A stretch of 64,000 bases of DNA, from the IMG/VR virus record IMGVR_UViG_2874854922_000002; one strand, given 5' to 3'. Origin of the DNA: an uncultured virus (IMG/VR IMGVR_UViG_2874854922_000002). Lineage: Duplodnaviria; Heunggongvirae; Uroviricota; Caudoviricetes. The notes beneath the pieces were generated by a model. It had not been told where the DNA came from. It made no database searches and was given only the letters and a program-made list of their open reading frames with translations. Positions 9,213 through 18,808 of this stretch are shown in pieces (within the stretch, counting starts at the first letter, position 1; every line of letters starts with the position of its first letter). Made by a program: the position numbers and the translations under genes.

Positions 9213-9944
9213 ATGGATACCTTAATAGCATTTTTATCTCTGGCTCTCTTTATTGCTTTTATCGTGGGGTTAATCAAGCCGTCGCTGGTTCGAATGCCGA
9301 ACCGTAAGCGCTCTAGTGCGGTTTACCTTGGTGGCTGTCTGGCGCTGGGCGTTATTGGCTCAATCTTATGGCCGACTGAAAAAAGTCAGCCTGTGGCAAA
9401 AACTGACGTACAGGCGGTGAAAGCGGAACCGGCTACGCCAACGTTTGAGTACGCAGATAAAACCCTCAAAGAATATCGCAACGAGCCAAAAGAAACCCGG
9501 CACGATATCGTTAAAGACTATGTGGGTTTCAGAGGTGTACCGGCCAGCTCTGCTGATGCCTTTTATGCCTGTATGAGTGAGTACACTTTTACTAAAGATG
9601 ATGCGTTAAAGCTCGGTGATGTGTTGGGTTGGTGTTTCAACGACTTCGAGAAGGATCCACAATCTCTGAATAATAAAATCAACCTTGACGCATTTCAGGG
9701 TAATTTTAGCGGTTGGGATGGCTCTTATCGCCCGTTAGAGAAGCTGATAAAAGCCAGCATGAATGATGATTCATCTTATAAACACGTTTCAACGGTCTAC
9801 CATCTGATTTTGAATAAAGACCCGCATGCCGTTGTAAAAACAACGTTTCGCGGCACTAATGCCTATGGCGGCGTGGTCAAACAGACCGTAGCGGCACGCG
9901 TCAACGTGCGAACGGGTGAGGTCGATTCGATACTCGACAATTAA
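9213..9944 (+). CDS. Cargo membrane protein (two N-terminal hydrophobic helices plus soluble domain)
   Basis: AAGGA RBS; hydrophobic N-terminus; function unknown. Confidence 0.75.
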   Translation: MDTLIAFLSLALFIAFIVGLIKPSLVRMPNRKRSSAVYLGGCLALGVIGSILWPTEKSQPVAKTDVQAVKAEPATPTFEYADKTLKEYRNEPKETRHDIVKDYVGFRGVPASSADAFYACMSEYTFTKDDALKLGDVLGWCFNDFEKDPQSLNNKINLDAFQGNFSGWDGSYRPLEKLIKASMNDDSSYKHVSTVYHLILNKDPHAVVKTTFRGTNAYGGVVKQTVAARVNVRTGEVDSILDN

Positions 9945-9958
9945 ACAATATAGTGACA

Positions 9959-10027
9959 AACGCCGCCGGTGCTGAAACTCGTTTTCAGTGCTGGCGGGGT
10001 TGAACAACGAGCCCCGCGAGGCGTTAG
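9959..10027 (+). other. 69-nt conserved structured element (copy 1)
   Basis: Hairpin followed by GGTTGAACAACGAGC-N4-CGAGGCGTTAG; copy 2 at 41623-41691. Confidence 0.6.
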
Positions 10028-10050
10028 CCTGCCCCGTTGAGACCGACTCA

Positions 10051-10078
10051 AACCGGCACCGTGAATGCCGGTTTTTTT
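10051..10078 (+). terminator. Intrinsic terminator
   Basis: AACCGGCA...TGCCGGTT plus T run. Confidence 0.8.
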
Positions 10079-10238
10079 ATGCCATTTTTCCGCGATTTCC
10101 CTGTTTTTTAGCCGTGCATGCAACAGGTGCATTGTTTTGCATGCGCCGGGGTTGCCCGTTCTGGTCGTGCGCCGCCAGTGCTGGCGCGGATCCAGAGTGG
10201 TCATGCAACTGCATTAAAAGCGACCCATAAAGCGGGCA

Positions 10239-10257
10239 GGCGTGGCGGGGAAAGCAT
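10239..10257 (+). other. cos site of prophage 1
   Basis: GGCGTGGCGGGGAAAGCAT, 19-nt P2/186-type cohesive end, with upstream TGCA(T)-rich motifs. Confidence 0.9.
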
Positions 10258-10477
10258 TGCGCGCCAGTGGTGGTGCGTAATATTAAAAATTATCGTCTGA
10301 GCGCGTCGTGATGGCGCGGTCATGGTAGCTATCGGTTCGTTGGTGGTCGGGCGTGGTAGTGTGCGTGTGGCGCGTCTGAGGCGTGATGGTGGTTGTGCAT
10401 GGAAAAGCCGCTTAGAGACAGCGGCTTACGGTAGCGGTGGGATTCAAACTGCTAATAATATTTCTACAAATATTAAC

Positions 10478-11482
10478 CTAATTTACATGTATGTAGAGTC
10501 CACTGTCACTAGACCAGTCAGAGCACTCTAAAGCAAGCCCAAATCGCTTGTATATTTCATCAATGACTAATGTTATCTCACGATAATCATCAAAACCTGT
10601 AATGCGTTGGCCATTGAATTTTTCATAAAAATTCTGAAAGGCAACGCCTAGCTCTGATAATTGATTTTTTATTTTTGAGTTGGATAGTGTAAGGGCTAAT
10701 TTTGGGTCGTATTCATTAATATTGATATTTAGACAATGGACGTAACCTATCGCATAGGCATAGGAGTTGATAATTAGCTTGATGCGTTTTTTTGCTTCGA
10801 GATACATTTCATTCAGAGAAATGTTATCTCTTTTATAGTTCAAAATGAGATTTTCAATCTCGTCAGATACTTCAATTACAACAGTATCAAGATTCTCTAG
10901 AAATAAATCGATGGTCTCTTGAGGGGCTGACCCCGAAGACATGTAATTAGCAAGATATTCAGACCATGCGCGCGTGGCTGAGATAAGCAGCGCGTCGCCA
11001 TACTCGTTGACCGTAAAGTTTTGGGCTAAGCATGTTAGTAAGTTTTTTTCATGTACGTGCACCAACTCATGGTGAATGCGATGGATGACTGCGCGGTATC
11101 CTTCTTCATTCAATTTCAGAAAGCTACCATCATTAAAAAGCTCAACAAAAAAATCAATAGATAGTACAAGGGTATATTCTTCAGATAGCCCATCACTGCC
11201 AATTTTTGTTACTAACTGCCCGACGGCTGCGCCCTGCCTGCTATTGGTAAATGAACTAGGGGATTTGTGTTGGTAAGTGGAGGTCACATTTTGAAGAGCT
11301 TCACTGAAATTATAGGAAACAACTACGCATTTTAATTTTGAGATATCAAGATTGAGATTTTTTGTTAAGGCTCGAATAGCTTCTAGCGTGAAATTACCTA
11401 TATTATTTGCTTCTTGCTCAGTTGTGAAACCTTCGAGGGTTATTTTAAAGTCAGTTTCCAAAGTATTAATCTCCGCGCCCAT
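10478..11482 (-). CDS. AT-rich cargo protein with HExxH zincin-like motif
   Basis: IHHELVHVHE...WSEYLAN; ATG 11482 preferred over GTG 11539 because a promoter overlaps the latter. Confidence 0.75.
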   Translation of the reverse strand: MGAEINTLETDFKITLEGFTTEQEANNIGNFTLEAIRALTKNLNLDISKLKCVVVSYNFSEALQNVTSTYQHKSPSSFTNSRQGAAVGQLVTKIGSDGLSEEYTLVLSIDFFVELFNDGSFLKLNEEGYRAVIHRIHHELVHVHEKNLLTCLAQNFTVNEYGDALLISATRAWSEYLANYMSSGSAPQETIDLFLENLDTVVIEVSDEIENLILNYKRDNISLNEMYLEAKKRIKLIINSYAYAIGYVHCLNININEYDPKLALTLSNSKIKNQLSELGVAFQNFYEKFNGQRITGFDDYREITLVIDEIYKRFGLALECSDWSSDSGLYIHVN

Positions 11483-11500
11483 TGTTTTGATATCTGATGC

Positions 11501-11529
11501 ACTATAGCTTTCGCAGATTGCATCTTCAA
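11501..11529 (-). promoter_or_regulatory. Putative sigma70 promoter of the HExxH gene
   Basis: TTGAAG-17 bp-TATAGT on minus strand. Confidence 0.55.
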
Positions 11530-11559
11530 TGATGAGCACAGAGATTGAGGTGGCCTAAG

Positions 11560-12606
11560 TTATTCCGGGTTGTCGAGGGTGTACTCTTTGAACCTGATGA
11601 CCTCCATGCCGAGCCAGTCGTTTACCTCTCTGAACCTGTCCTGCAGGGGCGACAGCTCGTTACGCACAAATACCTTTGCCACCTTCTCAACGTCACCGAG
11701 TGAGCCGATATTCTCGGGCTTACCCCCCATAAGCTGGAACGGCACGCGGTGCGCGTCCATAAGGTCGGCGGCGCTGGCTTTCTTGATGTTAAAAAAGTCA
11801 TCCTTTGTGGCGACCTCGCTCAGTGGCACGATTTTTATGCCGTCCGGTTTTCCTCCGGGAGCGTAGAAAAACAGGTTCTTAAAGTTGCCGAGCCCTTTCG
11901 AGTTGCGCATCGCCTCACGCAGCGATTCGACGTCGGTCGCGCTTTGCGCCGGGTCGGTCACATACATGATGTAACCCGCGTGCGCGCCATTCTGATAATA
12001 CTTGCGGCGGAACAGTGTCGCGGATTCATTCAGCCAGGCGGAATTAAGCGCGCTGAGATATTCGGGCAGGCCGTAAATTTCCTGATTAATATCGGGCTCC
12101 AGCAGGTGAAACACGGTATCAGGCGCGAACTCGTGCGGTAGAGTGAAGTTTTCCACAAACCAGAAAATCGAATCGTCGACCCCGCGCCGGGTGTATTTGG
12201 CCGGTGAGGCCAGCAGTTTGATTAACTGGCCTGTGACGCTGTGGCGTTGCTCAAGAAAGGCGTTGCCGAATACCAGATAGTCGAGCGCAAAACGGCTGAA
12301 ATCCTGACGGGACAGCAGCGGGTGCGGAATGTAGGTGCTAGCGAGCACGTTGCGTTTTACGTAAATCGGTGAGCTGTGATGTACAGCAGAGCGCAGGCTC
12401 TTTGCCAGCCCGGAGAAGCTGACCGGCGGCTCGTACCATTTGCCGTTACTGATGCACTCGACGTAATCCAGAATGTCACGCTTATCGAGTACCGGCACCG
12501 GCTCGCCGAAGGTGAACGCTGTCGTTTTTGGTGGTGCGCTGGCGGTCAGTTGTTGTGGCTTGCTGGCCTTTTGCGCAGCGGCTTTACGGGATTTTTGCTT
12601 ACCCAT
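11560..12606 (-). CDS. Q: Portal protein
   Basis: FTFGEPVPV, YGLPEYLSAL, AHRVPFQLMG. Confidence 0.96.
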   Translation of the reverse strand: MGKQKSRKAAAQKASKPQQLTASAPPKTTAFTFGEPVPVLDKRDILDYVECISNGKWYEPPVSFSGLAKSLRSAVHHSSPIYVKRNVLASTYIPHPLLSRQDFSRFALDYLVFGNAFLEQRHSVTGQLIKLLASPAKYTRRGVDDSIFWFVENFTLPHEFAPDTVFHLLEPDINQEIYGLPEYLSALNSAWLNESATLFRRKYYQNGAHAGYIMYVTDPAQSATDVESLREAMRNSKGLGNFKNLFFYAPGGKPDGIKIVPLSEVATKDDFFNIKKASAADLMDAHRVPFQLMGGKPENIGSLGDVEKVAKVFVRNELSPLQDRFREVNDWLGMEVIRFKEYTLDNPE

Positions 12607-12607
12607 T

Positions 12608-14377
12608 TTAGTTGAACTCCAGAATAGATTTAGGCTGCATGCCGCTACCGGCGGAAAGCGGTTCGTTTAACAGGGCGTGCATGGTCGCCCATGCGATATC
12701 GGCGTGACTGGCTTCCTCGGTGCGGCTGGCCTCGTAGGTGGCGCTGCGCCCGCTGCTGGTCATGGTTTTGCGGATGGACATAAACGACTGCGTGACGTCG
12801 GTTGCCCCGGCGTCGTACTCCAGACAGCCACGGCGAATGGTGTCTTTTGCCTTGAGCACCATCGCGGTTTTCATTTCGGGCGTGTAACGGATGCCGCGTG
12901 CCGCCGGGTAGAATGAGCGTACCAACTGGAACACGCCGAGACCGAGGCCGGTTGCGTCAATGCCGATGTATTCGACGTTGTATTTCTCGGTCAGTTTGCG
13001 AATGCCCTCGGCCTGCGCGGCAAAGTCCATGCCTTTCCACTGGTGGCGCTCCAGCATGCGGAACTTGCCACCTGAGACCACCGGCGGCGCGAGCACGACA
13101 CACCCGGCGCTGTCGCCGGTGTGTGACGGGTCGTAGCCAATCCAGACAGGGCGCGAGCCGAACGGATGGTCGGCGAACGGGGCGAAGTCCTCCCATTCTT
13201 CCATCACGTCGACCATGCAGCGCTGCAGCTCCTCGAACGGGAATACCGACGCTTTATCGTCGACAAACTCGCACATAAACAGGTTCTTAAAATCCTCATC
13301 ACTGTTTTCGCGTTTGAGCTGGTCGAGGTCGAACAGGGTGCAGCCACCGGCAAGCGCGTCCTCAATGGTGACAATCTGCCGCCACTGGCCATCGTCGCAG
13401 AGCTGACCACCGGCGAGCGCGCTGTGACTGGTGTCGATTTCGATGCGGTCGGCAATACGGCTGCGCCCCTTGTTGAACAGTTCGCCAGACCAGAAGGGGT
13501 AAGCGCCGTGCGCCAGCGTGGAAGGTGTCGAAAAGTAGGTTGAGCGCAGGTGCTTCTGCGAGGCCATGCCCGACGCGACTTTGCGCAGCTTCTGAAAATT
13601 CGGGATCCAGAATATTTCATCGACATACAGGTCGCCGTTATGGCTCTGCGCGGTGTTGGAATTGGTACCGAGAAAAATCAGCTTTGCGCCGTTGTTGCCG
13701 ATGACAATCGGGTCGCCGGTCAGGTCGACGTCGACCAGTCGCGCAAACTGGATGATGTATTCACGGAACACGTAAGCCTGCGTTTTACTGGCCGACAGAA
13801 AGATTTGGTTGTGCCCGGTCTTGAGAGCGCGCAGCAGCGCCTCGCGGGAGAAATAGAACGTCGCGCCAATCTGGCGTGATTTAAGAATGTCGCGAATACG
13901 GTGCGCCAGCCCTGCGCGGTACCACTGCAACTGGTACTCGAAAGACTGGTCGAAAAATAATTCCTCCAGTTTCTCGATGGCCTCATCGCTGAAAAAGTTC
14001 TTTTTCGGCTTCTTACGCTCACCCTTGTTGCGGTTGGCAACGTTGGGGTTAAGGTCGACCTCGTTGCCGGTCTGACTGTAGCGGTTAACGCGCGCCAGTC
14101 GCTCAATCTGCCGCCCGAGCAGGTCAATTTCTTTGAAATCGCCGCCTGACTTTTGCGGCTTGGCGATGAGCTGAATCAGGCGCGCCTCAAGGCTGCTTTC
14201 GACGCGGGAAATCGGTGCGATACCGTCCCAGCCGTCGCGCTGCTTCCAGCTCTGCACGGTCGGGCGCTTGACCTGCAGCATTTCGGCAATCTGTGGCACG
14301 GAAAAGCCCTGCCAGTAAAGCAGCGATGCCTGCCGTCGCGGGTCATGCAACAAGGTTGTATCGGTGGAAATGGTCAT
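12608..14377 (-). CDS. P: Terminase ATPase subunit
   Basis: LKSRQIGAT, LYVDE, GYDP motifs. Confidence 0.97.
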   Translation of the reverse strand: MTISTDTTLLHDPRRQASLLYWQGFSVPQIAEMLQVKRPTVQSWKQRDGWDGIAPISRVESSLEARLIQLIAKPQKSGGDFKEIDLLGRQIERLARVNRYSQTGNEVDLNPNVANRNKGERKKPKKNFFSDEAIEKLEELFFDQSFEYQLQWYRAGLAHRIRDILKSRQIGATFYFSREALLRALKTGHNQIFLSASKTQAYVFREYIIQFARLVDVDLTGDPIVIGNNGAKLIFLGTNSNTAQSHNGDLYVDEIFWIPNFQKLRKVASGMASQKHLRSTYFSTPSTLAHGAYPFWSGELFNKGRSRIADRIEIDTSHSALAGGQLCDDGQWRQIVTIEDALAGGCTLFDLDQLKRENSDEDFKNLFMCEFVDDKASVFPFEELQRCMVDVMEEWEDFAPFADHPFGSRPVWIGYDPSHTGDSAGCVVLAPPVVSGGKFRMLERHQWKGMDFAAQAEGIRKLTEKYNVEYIGIDATGLGLGVFQLVRSFYPAARGIRYTPEMKTAMVLKAKDTIRRGCLEYDAGATDVTQSFMSIRKTMTSSGRSATYEASRTEEASHADIAWATMHALLNEPLSAGSGMQPKSILEFN

Positions 14378-14446
14378 TGATGCCTCGCCGTAGTGGGTTC
14401 AGGGCAAGGCTACTTAATGGCCGTCAGTGATTCGCTAAGGTGCTGT

Positions 14447-14464
14447 TGTGTGGGAGGTTGTCCA
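14447..14464. promoter_or_regulatory. Ogr/B late-activator site between divergent P and O
   Basis: TGT-N12-CCA (one mismatch to TGT-N12-ACA); GAAACT 34 nt downstream. Confidence 0.6.
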
Positions 14465-14542
14465 GTCGTCATTGGTGGTCTGGCGTGCCCTGAGTCTGGA
14501 AACTGGCGGTGACCAGTAACCCCAACCTCAGGACTCCTGACA

Positions 14543-15397
14543 ATGGCAAAAAAAGTCTCAAAGTTCTTTCGCATCGGCGTCGAGGGTGATACCTGCGACG
14601 GGCGCATTATCAGCGCCAGCGATATTCAGGAAATGGCCGAAACCTACGACCCGCGAGTCTACGGTTGCCGTATCAACCTTGAACACCTGCGCGGCCTGCT
14701 GCCTGATGGGGTATTCAAGCGTTATGGCGATGTGGTCGAGCTGAAAGCCGAGAAGATTGACGACGATTCTGCGCTTAACGGCAAATGGGCGTTGTTCGCT
14801 AAAATGACCCCGACCGATGACCTTATCGCGATGAATAAAGCCGCGCAGAAGGTCTACACCTCAATGGAAATTCAGCCGAATTTTGCCAATACCGGCAAAT
14901 GCTACCTCGTTGGTCTGGCCGTCACCGATGACCCGGCGAGCCTCGGCACTGAATACCTCGAATTCTGCCGCAACGCGAAGCACAACCCGCTACAGCGCTT
15001 TAAGGCCAACCCTGAAAACGTCTTTTCCGCCGCCACGCTGGCCGAGCTGGAATTTGAAGACGTTCCCGACACGGTGCTCAACAGCCTGGCCGATAAGGTG
15101 AAAGCCATTTTCAGCCGTAAACAGGTCAGCGACGATGCGCGCCTGAATGATGTGCATGAAGCGGTGACCACCGTCAGCGAGCATGTGCAGACCAATCTGA
15201 CCGCGCAGGATAAGCGCCTTTCCGATATGGAAACCGCGTTTGCCACTTTCAAACAGGAACTGACCGGCAAGGTTGAAGAAACCAGCCAGGCATTTTCCGC
15301 CCTGAAAACCACCCTCGACAAAACCGAAAGTTTCAGCCAGCCGCGACGCACAAAAGCCAGCGGCGGTGGCGGTGATGAGCTGCTGACCGACTGCTGA
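14543..15397 (+). CDS. O: Capsid scaffolding/protease
   Basis: FRIGVEGDTCDGR, YLVGLAVTDDPASLGTE. Confidence 0.96.
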   Translation: MAKKVSKFFRIGVEGDTCDGRIISASDIQEMAETYDPRVYGCRINLEHLRGLLPDGVFKRYGDVVELKAEKIDDDSALNGKWALFAKMTPTDDLIAMNKAAQKVYTSMEIQPNFANTGKCYLVGLAVTDDPASLGTEYLEFCRNAKHNPLQRFKANPENVFSAATLAELEFEDVPDTVLNSLADKVKAIFSRKQVSDDARLNDVHEAVTTVSEHVQTNLTAQDKRLSDMETAFATFKQELTGKVEETSQAFSALKTTLDKTESFSQPRRTKASGGGGDELLTDC

Positions 15398-15472
15398 TAA
15401 ACCGCAGACCGAAACCGGGCGGTAACCCCGCCCGATGCTGTGACTAACCGATTAATTCAAACAGGAAATACT

Positions 15473-16540
15473 ATGCGTCAGGAAACCCGTTTTAAGTTCA
15501 ATGCCTATCTGACCCAGCTCGCCAAACTGAACGGCATCAGCGTTGATGACGTCAGCAAAAAATTCACCGTCGAGCCGTCCGTCACGCAAACGCTGATGAA
15601 CACCGTGCAGGCGTCATCCGCGTTTCTGCAGATGATTAACATTCTGCCGGTCGCAGAAATGAAGGGTGAGAAAATTGGCGTCGGTGTGACCGGCACCATC
15701 GCCAGCACGACCGACACCTCGGGCGACAAAGAGCGCCAGACCGCAGATTTCACCGCGCTTGAGTCCAACAAGTACGAGTGCAATCAGATTAACTTTGACT
15801 TCCACCTGACCTATAAACGCCTCGACCTGTGGGCGCGTTTCCAGGACTTCCAGCGCCGTATTCGCGACGCTATTGTCCAGCGTCAGGCACTGGATTTCAT
15901 CATGGCCGGGTTCAACGGTACCACCCGCGCTGATACCTCAGACCGCAGCAAAAACCCGATGCTGCAGGATGTGGCCGTCGGCTGGCTGCAGAAGTACCGC
16001 AACGAAGCCCCGGCGCGCGTGATGAGCAAAATCACCGCTGAGGACGGTAGCGTTATTTCTGAGGTGATTCGCGTCGGTAAGAACGGCGATTATGAGAACC
16101 TCGACGCGCTGGTGATGGACGGTACCAACACCCTGATTGACGAGATTTATCAGGATGACCCGAAACTCGTTGCCATCGTTGGCCGTAAGCTGCTGGCCGA
16201 CAAATATTTCCCGCTGGTCAACAAACAGCAGGAAAACACCGAGTCGCTCGCGGCGGATATCATCATCAGCCAGAAGCGCATCGGCAACCTGCCAGCCGTT
16301 CGCGTGCCGTACTTCCCGGCGAATGCGGTATTCGTGACCACGCTGGAAAACCTCTCTATCTACTTCATGGATGAGAGTCACCGCCGCAGCATTGATGAGA
16401 ACCCGAAAAAAGACCGCGTGGAAAACTACGAGTCGATGAACATCGACTATGTGGTCGAGGCGTATGCCGCCGGGTGCCTGCTGGAAAACATCACCCTGGG
16501 CGATTTCACCGCACCTGCAGCACCGGAAAGCGGAGAGTAA
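15473..16540 (+). CDS. N: Major capsid protein
   Basis: MRQETRFKFNAY, LLQDV-like motif, AGGA RBS. Confidence 0.96.
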   Translation: MRQETRFKFNAYLTQLAKLNGISVDDVSKKFTVEPSVTQTLMNTVQASSAFLQMINILPVAEMKGEKIGVGVTGTIASTTDTSGDKERQTADFTALESNKYECNQINFDFHLTYKRLDLWARFQDFQRRIRDAIVQRQALDFIMAGFNGTTRADTSDRSKNPMLQDVAVGWLQKYRNEAPARVMSKITAEDGSVISEVIRVGKNGDYENLDALVMDGTNTLIDEIYQDDPKLVAIVGRKLLADKYFPLVNKQQENTESLAADIIISQKRIGNLPAVRVPYFPANAVFVTTLENLSIYFMDESHRRSIDENPKKDRVENYESMNIDYVVEAYAAGCLLENITLGDFTAPAAPESGE

Positions 16541-16544
16541 GCCT

Positions 16545-17294
16545 ATGACGAGCCCCGCACAGCGTCACATGATGCGGGTCTCGGCCTCTCAAGCCGCGCA
16601 GCGGGAAAAAGCCCCGCTGCGCCACGCAACCGCCTATGAGCAGATGCTGGTAAAGCTGGCCGATGACCGCCGCACGTTGAAAACCATCCGTTCAAACGAA
16701 CTGAAAGCCGCGAAAAAGCGCGAGCTGCTGCCGTTCTACGCGCCGTGGGTCGCCGGTGTGCTGGCTGATGGCCGTGGCGCACAGGATGACATTCTGATGA
16801 CCGTCATGCTGTGGCGACTCGATGCCGGTGACGTTGCTGGCGCGCTGGAGATTGCGCCCTACGCGCTGAAATACGGCCTCACTTCTGACCATCGCCGCAC
16901 CACGCCTTACATGCTGGTTGAGGAGGTGGCGCTTGCCGCGCTGCGCCTGCGCGATGCCGGTGAGCCTGTCGACCTTGCATTACTGCTGACCACCCTCAGC
17001 CTGACCGACGGCGCTGACGTTCCCGATATGGTGCGCGCCCGTCTGCATAAGGTGACCGGCCTGACCCTGCGTGATGCCGGTAAGAACGCCGACGCGCTGG
17101 CGCAGTTTCAGCGTGCGATGCAGCTCGACCGCAATGCCGGTGTGCGCAAAGAGATTGAGCGACTGGAGCGGGCATTGAAGCCTAAGCCCGAGGCCGTGCC
17201 CCGTAAAACGACTAAACCGCGCACGCGCAAACCTGCCACCAGACCGGCGGCAAAGCGCGGGCGTCCACCAAAGGCGGTAAAAACCGCCGGTTAA
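16545..17294 (+). CDS. M: Terminase endonuclease subunit
   Basis: MTSPAQRH, follows N. Confidence 0.92.
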   Translation: MTSPAQRHMMRVSASQAAQREKAPLRHATAYEQMLVKLADDRRTLKTIRSNELKAAKKRELLPFYAPWVAGVLADGRGAQDDILMTVMLWRLDAGDVAGALEIAPYALKYGLTSDHRRTTPYMLVEEVALAALRLRDAGEPVDLALLLTTLSLTDGADVPDMVRARLHKVTGLTLRDAGKNADALAQFQRAMQLDRNAGVRKEIERLERALKPKPEAVPRKTTKPRTRKPATRPAAKRGRPPKAVKTAG

Positions 17295-17387
17295 CTGAAC
17301 GCTCCCCGAGCCGGGCGGCACGCCGGTCAAAGCGGGTTTTGACCCTGACGGCGACCGGCGTCCACCGCCCAACCTAATGAGGTTGTC

Positions 17388-17897
17388 ATGACGACAGTAA
17401 TACTGAATCAGCCCGACGAACCGCAGGACGTACCGGGCGTGGTGATTCCCGCACCGGAGACGGGCGACGCAGTGATTAAAAACACGTTCTTTTTCCCTGA
17501 TGTGGATCCGAAGCGGGTGCGCGAGCTGATGCGCCTTGAGCAGACGGTTTCCGATGCGCGCCTGCGCAATGCCATCAAGACCGGCATGGCGGAAACCAAT
17601 GCGGAGCTTTATGACTACCGGCTGCGCCAGATTGCCGCCGGGTTTAAGACACTGGCTGACGTGCCTGACGCCGAGGAAATCGACGGCGAGAACGTGCGCG
17701 TTTTCCACTACCTCAGCGCCGTGACGGCGATGGCGACCGCCACCCTGTATGAGCGTTATCGCGGGGTTGAGGCCACCGGCAAAGGTGACAAAAAAGCTGA
17801 CAGTGTTGAAACCACCATTGATGACCTGTGGCGGGATATGCGCTGGTCGGTCTCGCGCCTGCAGGACAAGCCGCGCTGCATCGTGGGTCAGCTCTGA
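17388..17897 (+). CDS. L: Head completion protein
   Basis: IKNTFFFPD...LWRDMRW; synteny. Confidence 0.9.
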   Translation: MTTVILNQPDEPQDVPGVVIPAPETGDAVIKNTFFFPDVDPKRVRELMRLEQTVSDARLRNAIKTGMAETNAELYDYRLRQIAAGFKTLADVPDAEEIDGENVRVFHYLSAVTAMATATLYERYRGVEATGKGDKKADSVETTIDDLWRDMRWSVSRLQDKPRCIVGQL

Positions 17898-18100
17898 TGA
17901 AAGTCTACGCGATGCAGGGCGATACCCTCGACGCGCTTTGCGCCCGGCATTACGGGCGCACTGAGGGCGTGGTCGAGACGGTGCTACAGGCTAATCCCGG
18001 CCTGTCTGAGCTGGGCGTCATTCTGCCGCATGGCACGGCGGTTGACCTGCCCGACGTTGAAACATCACCCACGGCGGAGACCCTGAACCTATGGGACTGA
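17897..18100 (+). CDS. X: Tail protein X (LysM-like)
   Basis: QGDTLDALCARHYG...LWD. Confidence 0.92.
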   Translation: MKVYAMQGDTLDALCARHYGRTEGVVETVLQANPGLSELGVILPHGTAVDLPDVETSPTAETLNLWD

Positions 18101-18102
18101 GT

Positions 18103-18312
18103 ATGGAAAAAATCACCACGTTTATCGCCTACTGGCTGGCCGTGGGGCTGGCGTATTTCGGGGCAATGTCGCCCGAAAAACTGGCGCTGTATGTGGGTAG
18201 TCTGTGCGCTATTTTTACGGCGGCGGTGAATTTCTGGTACCGGCGCAAAACCTTTCGTTACCTGACAGAAATGGGAATCGACAAAGGGGTGACCCGTGAG
18301 CTCAATCGTTAA
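18103..18312 (+). CDS. Holin
   Basis: Small hydrophobic protein with basic C-terminus before endolysin. Confidence 0.85.
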   Translation: MEKITTFIAYWLAVGLAYFGAMSPEKLALYVGSLCAIFTAAVNFWYRRKTFRYLTEMGIDKGVTRELNR

Positions 18313-18808
18313 ACGTTGCAGTGTGGCCGCAGTGCTGGCACTGGCGGCACTGATGCCTGATTTTCGTCTGCTGAATACCTCGCCTGATGGTCTGGCGCTG
18401 ATTGCCGACCTCGAAGGGTGTCGCCTGACACCTTACCAGTGCAGCGCGGGCGTGTGGACGTCAGGCATCGGCCACACTGCCGGGGTGGTACCGAAACACG
18501 ATATCACCGAGCGCGAAGCGGCGGCAAATCTGGTCGCCGACGTGCTGAATACCGAGCGCCGTCTCGCGGTCTGCGTGCCGGTCACCATGCCGCAGCCGGT
18601 TTACGACGCGCTGGTCAGCTTCTCTTTTAACGTCGGCACCGGCGCGGCCTGTCGTTCGACGCTGGTCTCATACATCAAGCGTCATCAGTGGTGGCAGGCA
18701 TGCGACCAGCTTACCCGCTGGGTGTTCGTCAATGGCACTAAAAACAAAGGGCTGGAAAACCGCCGCGCGCGGGAACTGGCGTATTGCATGAAAGGAGTAA
18801 CCCAATGA
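18296..18808 (+). CDS. Endolysin, GH24 lysozyme (SAR-like N-terminus)
   Basis: EGC...YQCSAGVWTSGIGHT, GLENRR. Confidence 0.93.
   Translation: MSSIVKRCSVAAVLALAALMPDFRLLNTSPDGLALIADLEGCRLTPYQCSAGVWTSGIGHTAGVVPKHDITEREAAANLVADVLNTERRLAVCVPVTMPQPVYDALVSFSFNVGTGAACRSTLVSYIKRHQWWQACDQLTRWVFVNGTKNKGLENRRARELAYCMKGVTQ

Noticed and set aside
9959..10030. Integron attC site (ends GTTAGCC)
   Set aside because: No matching RYYYAAC inverse core in either copy and no IntI; kept only as an unexplained structured element
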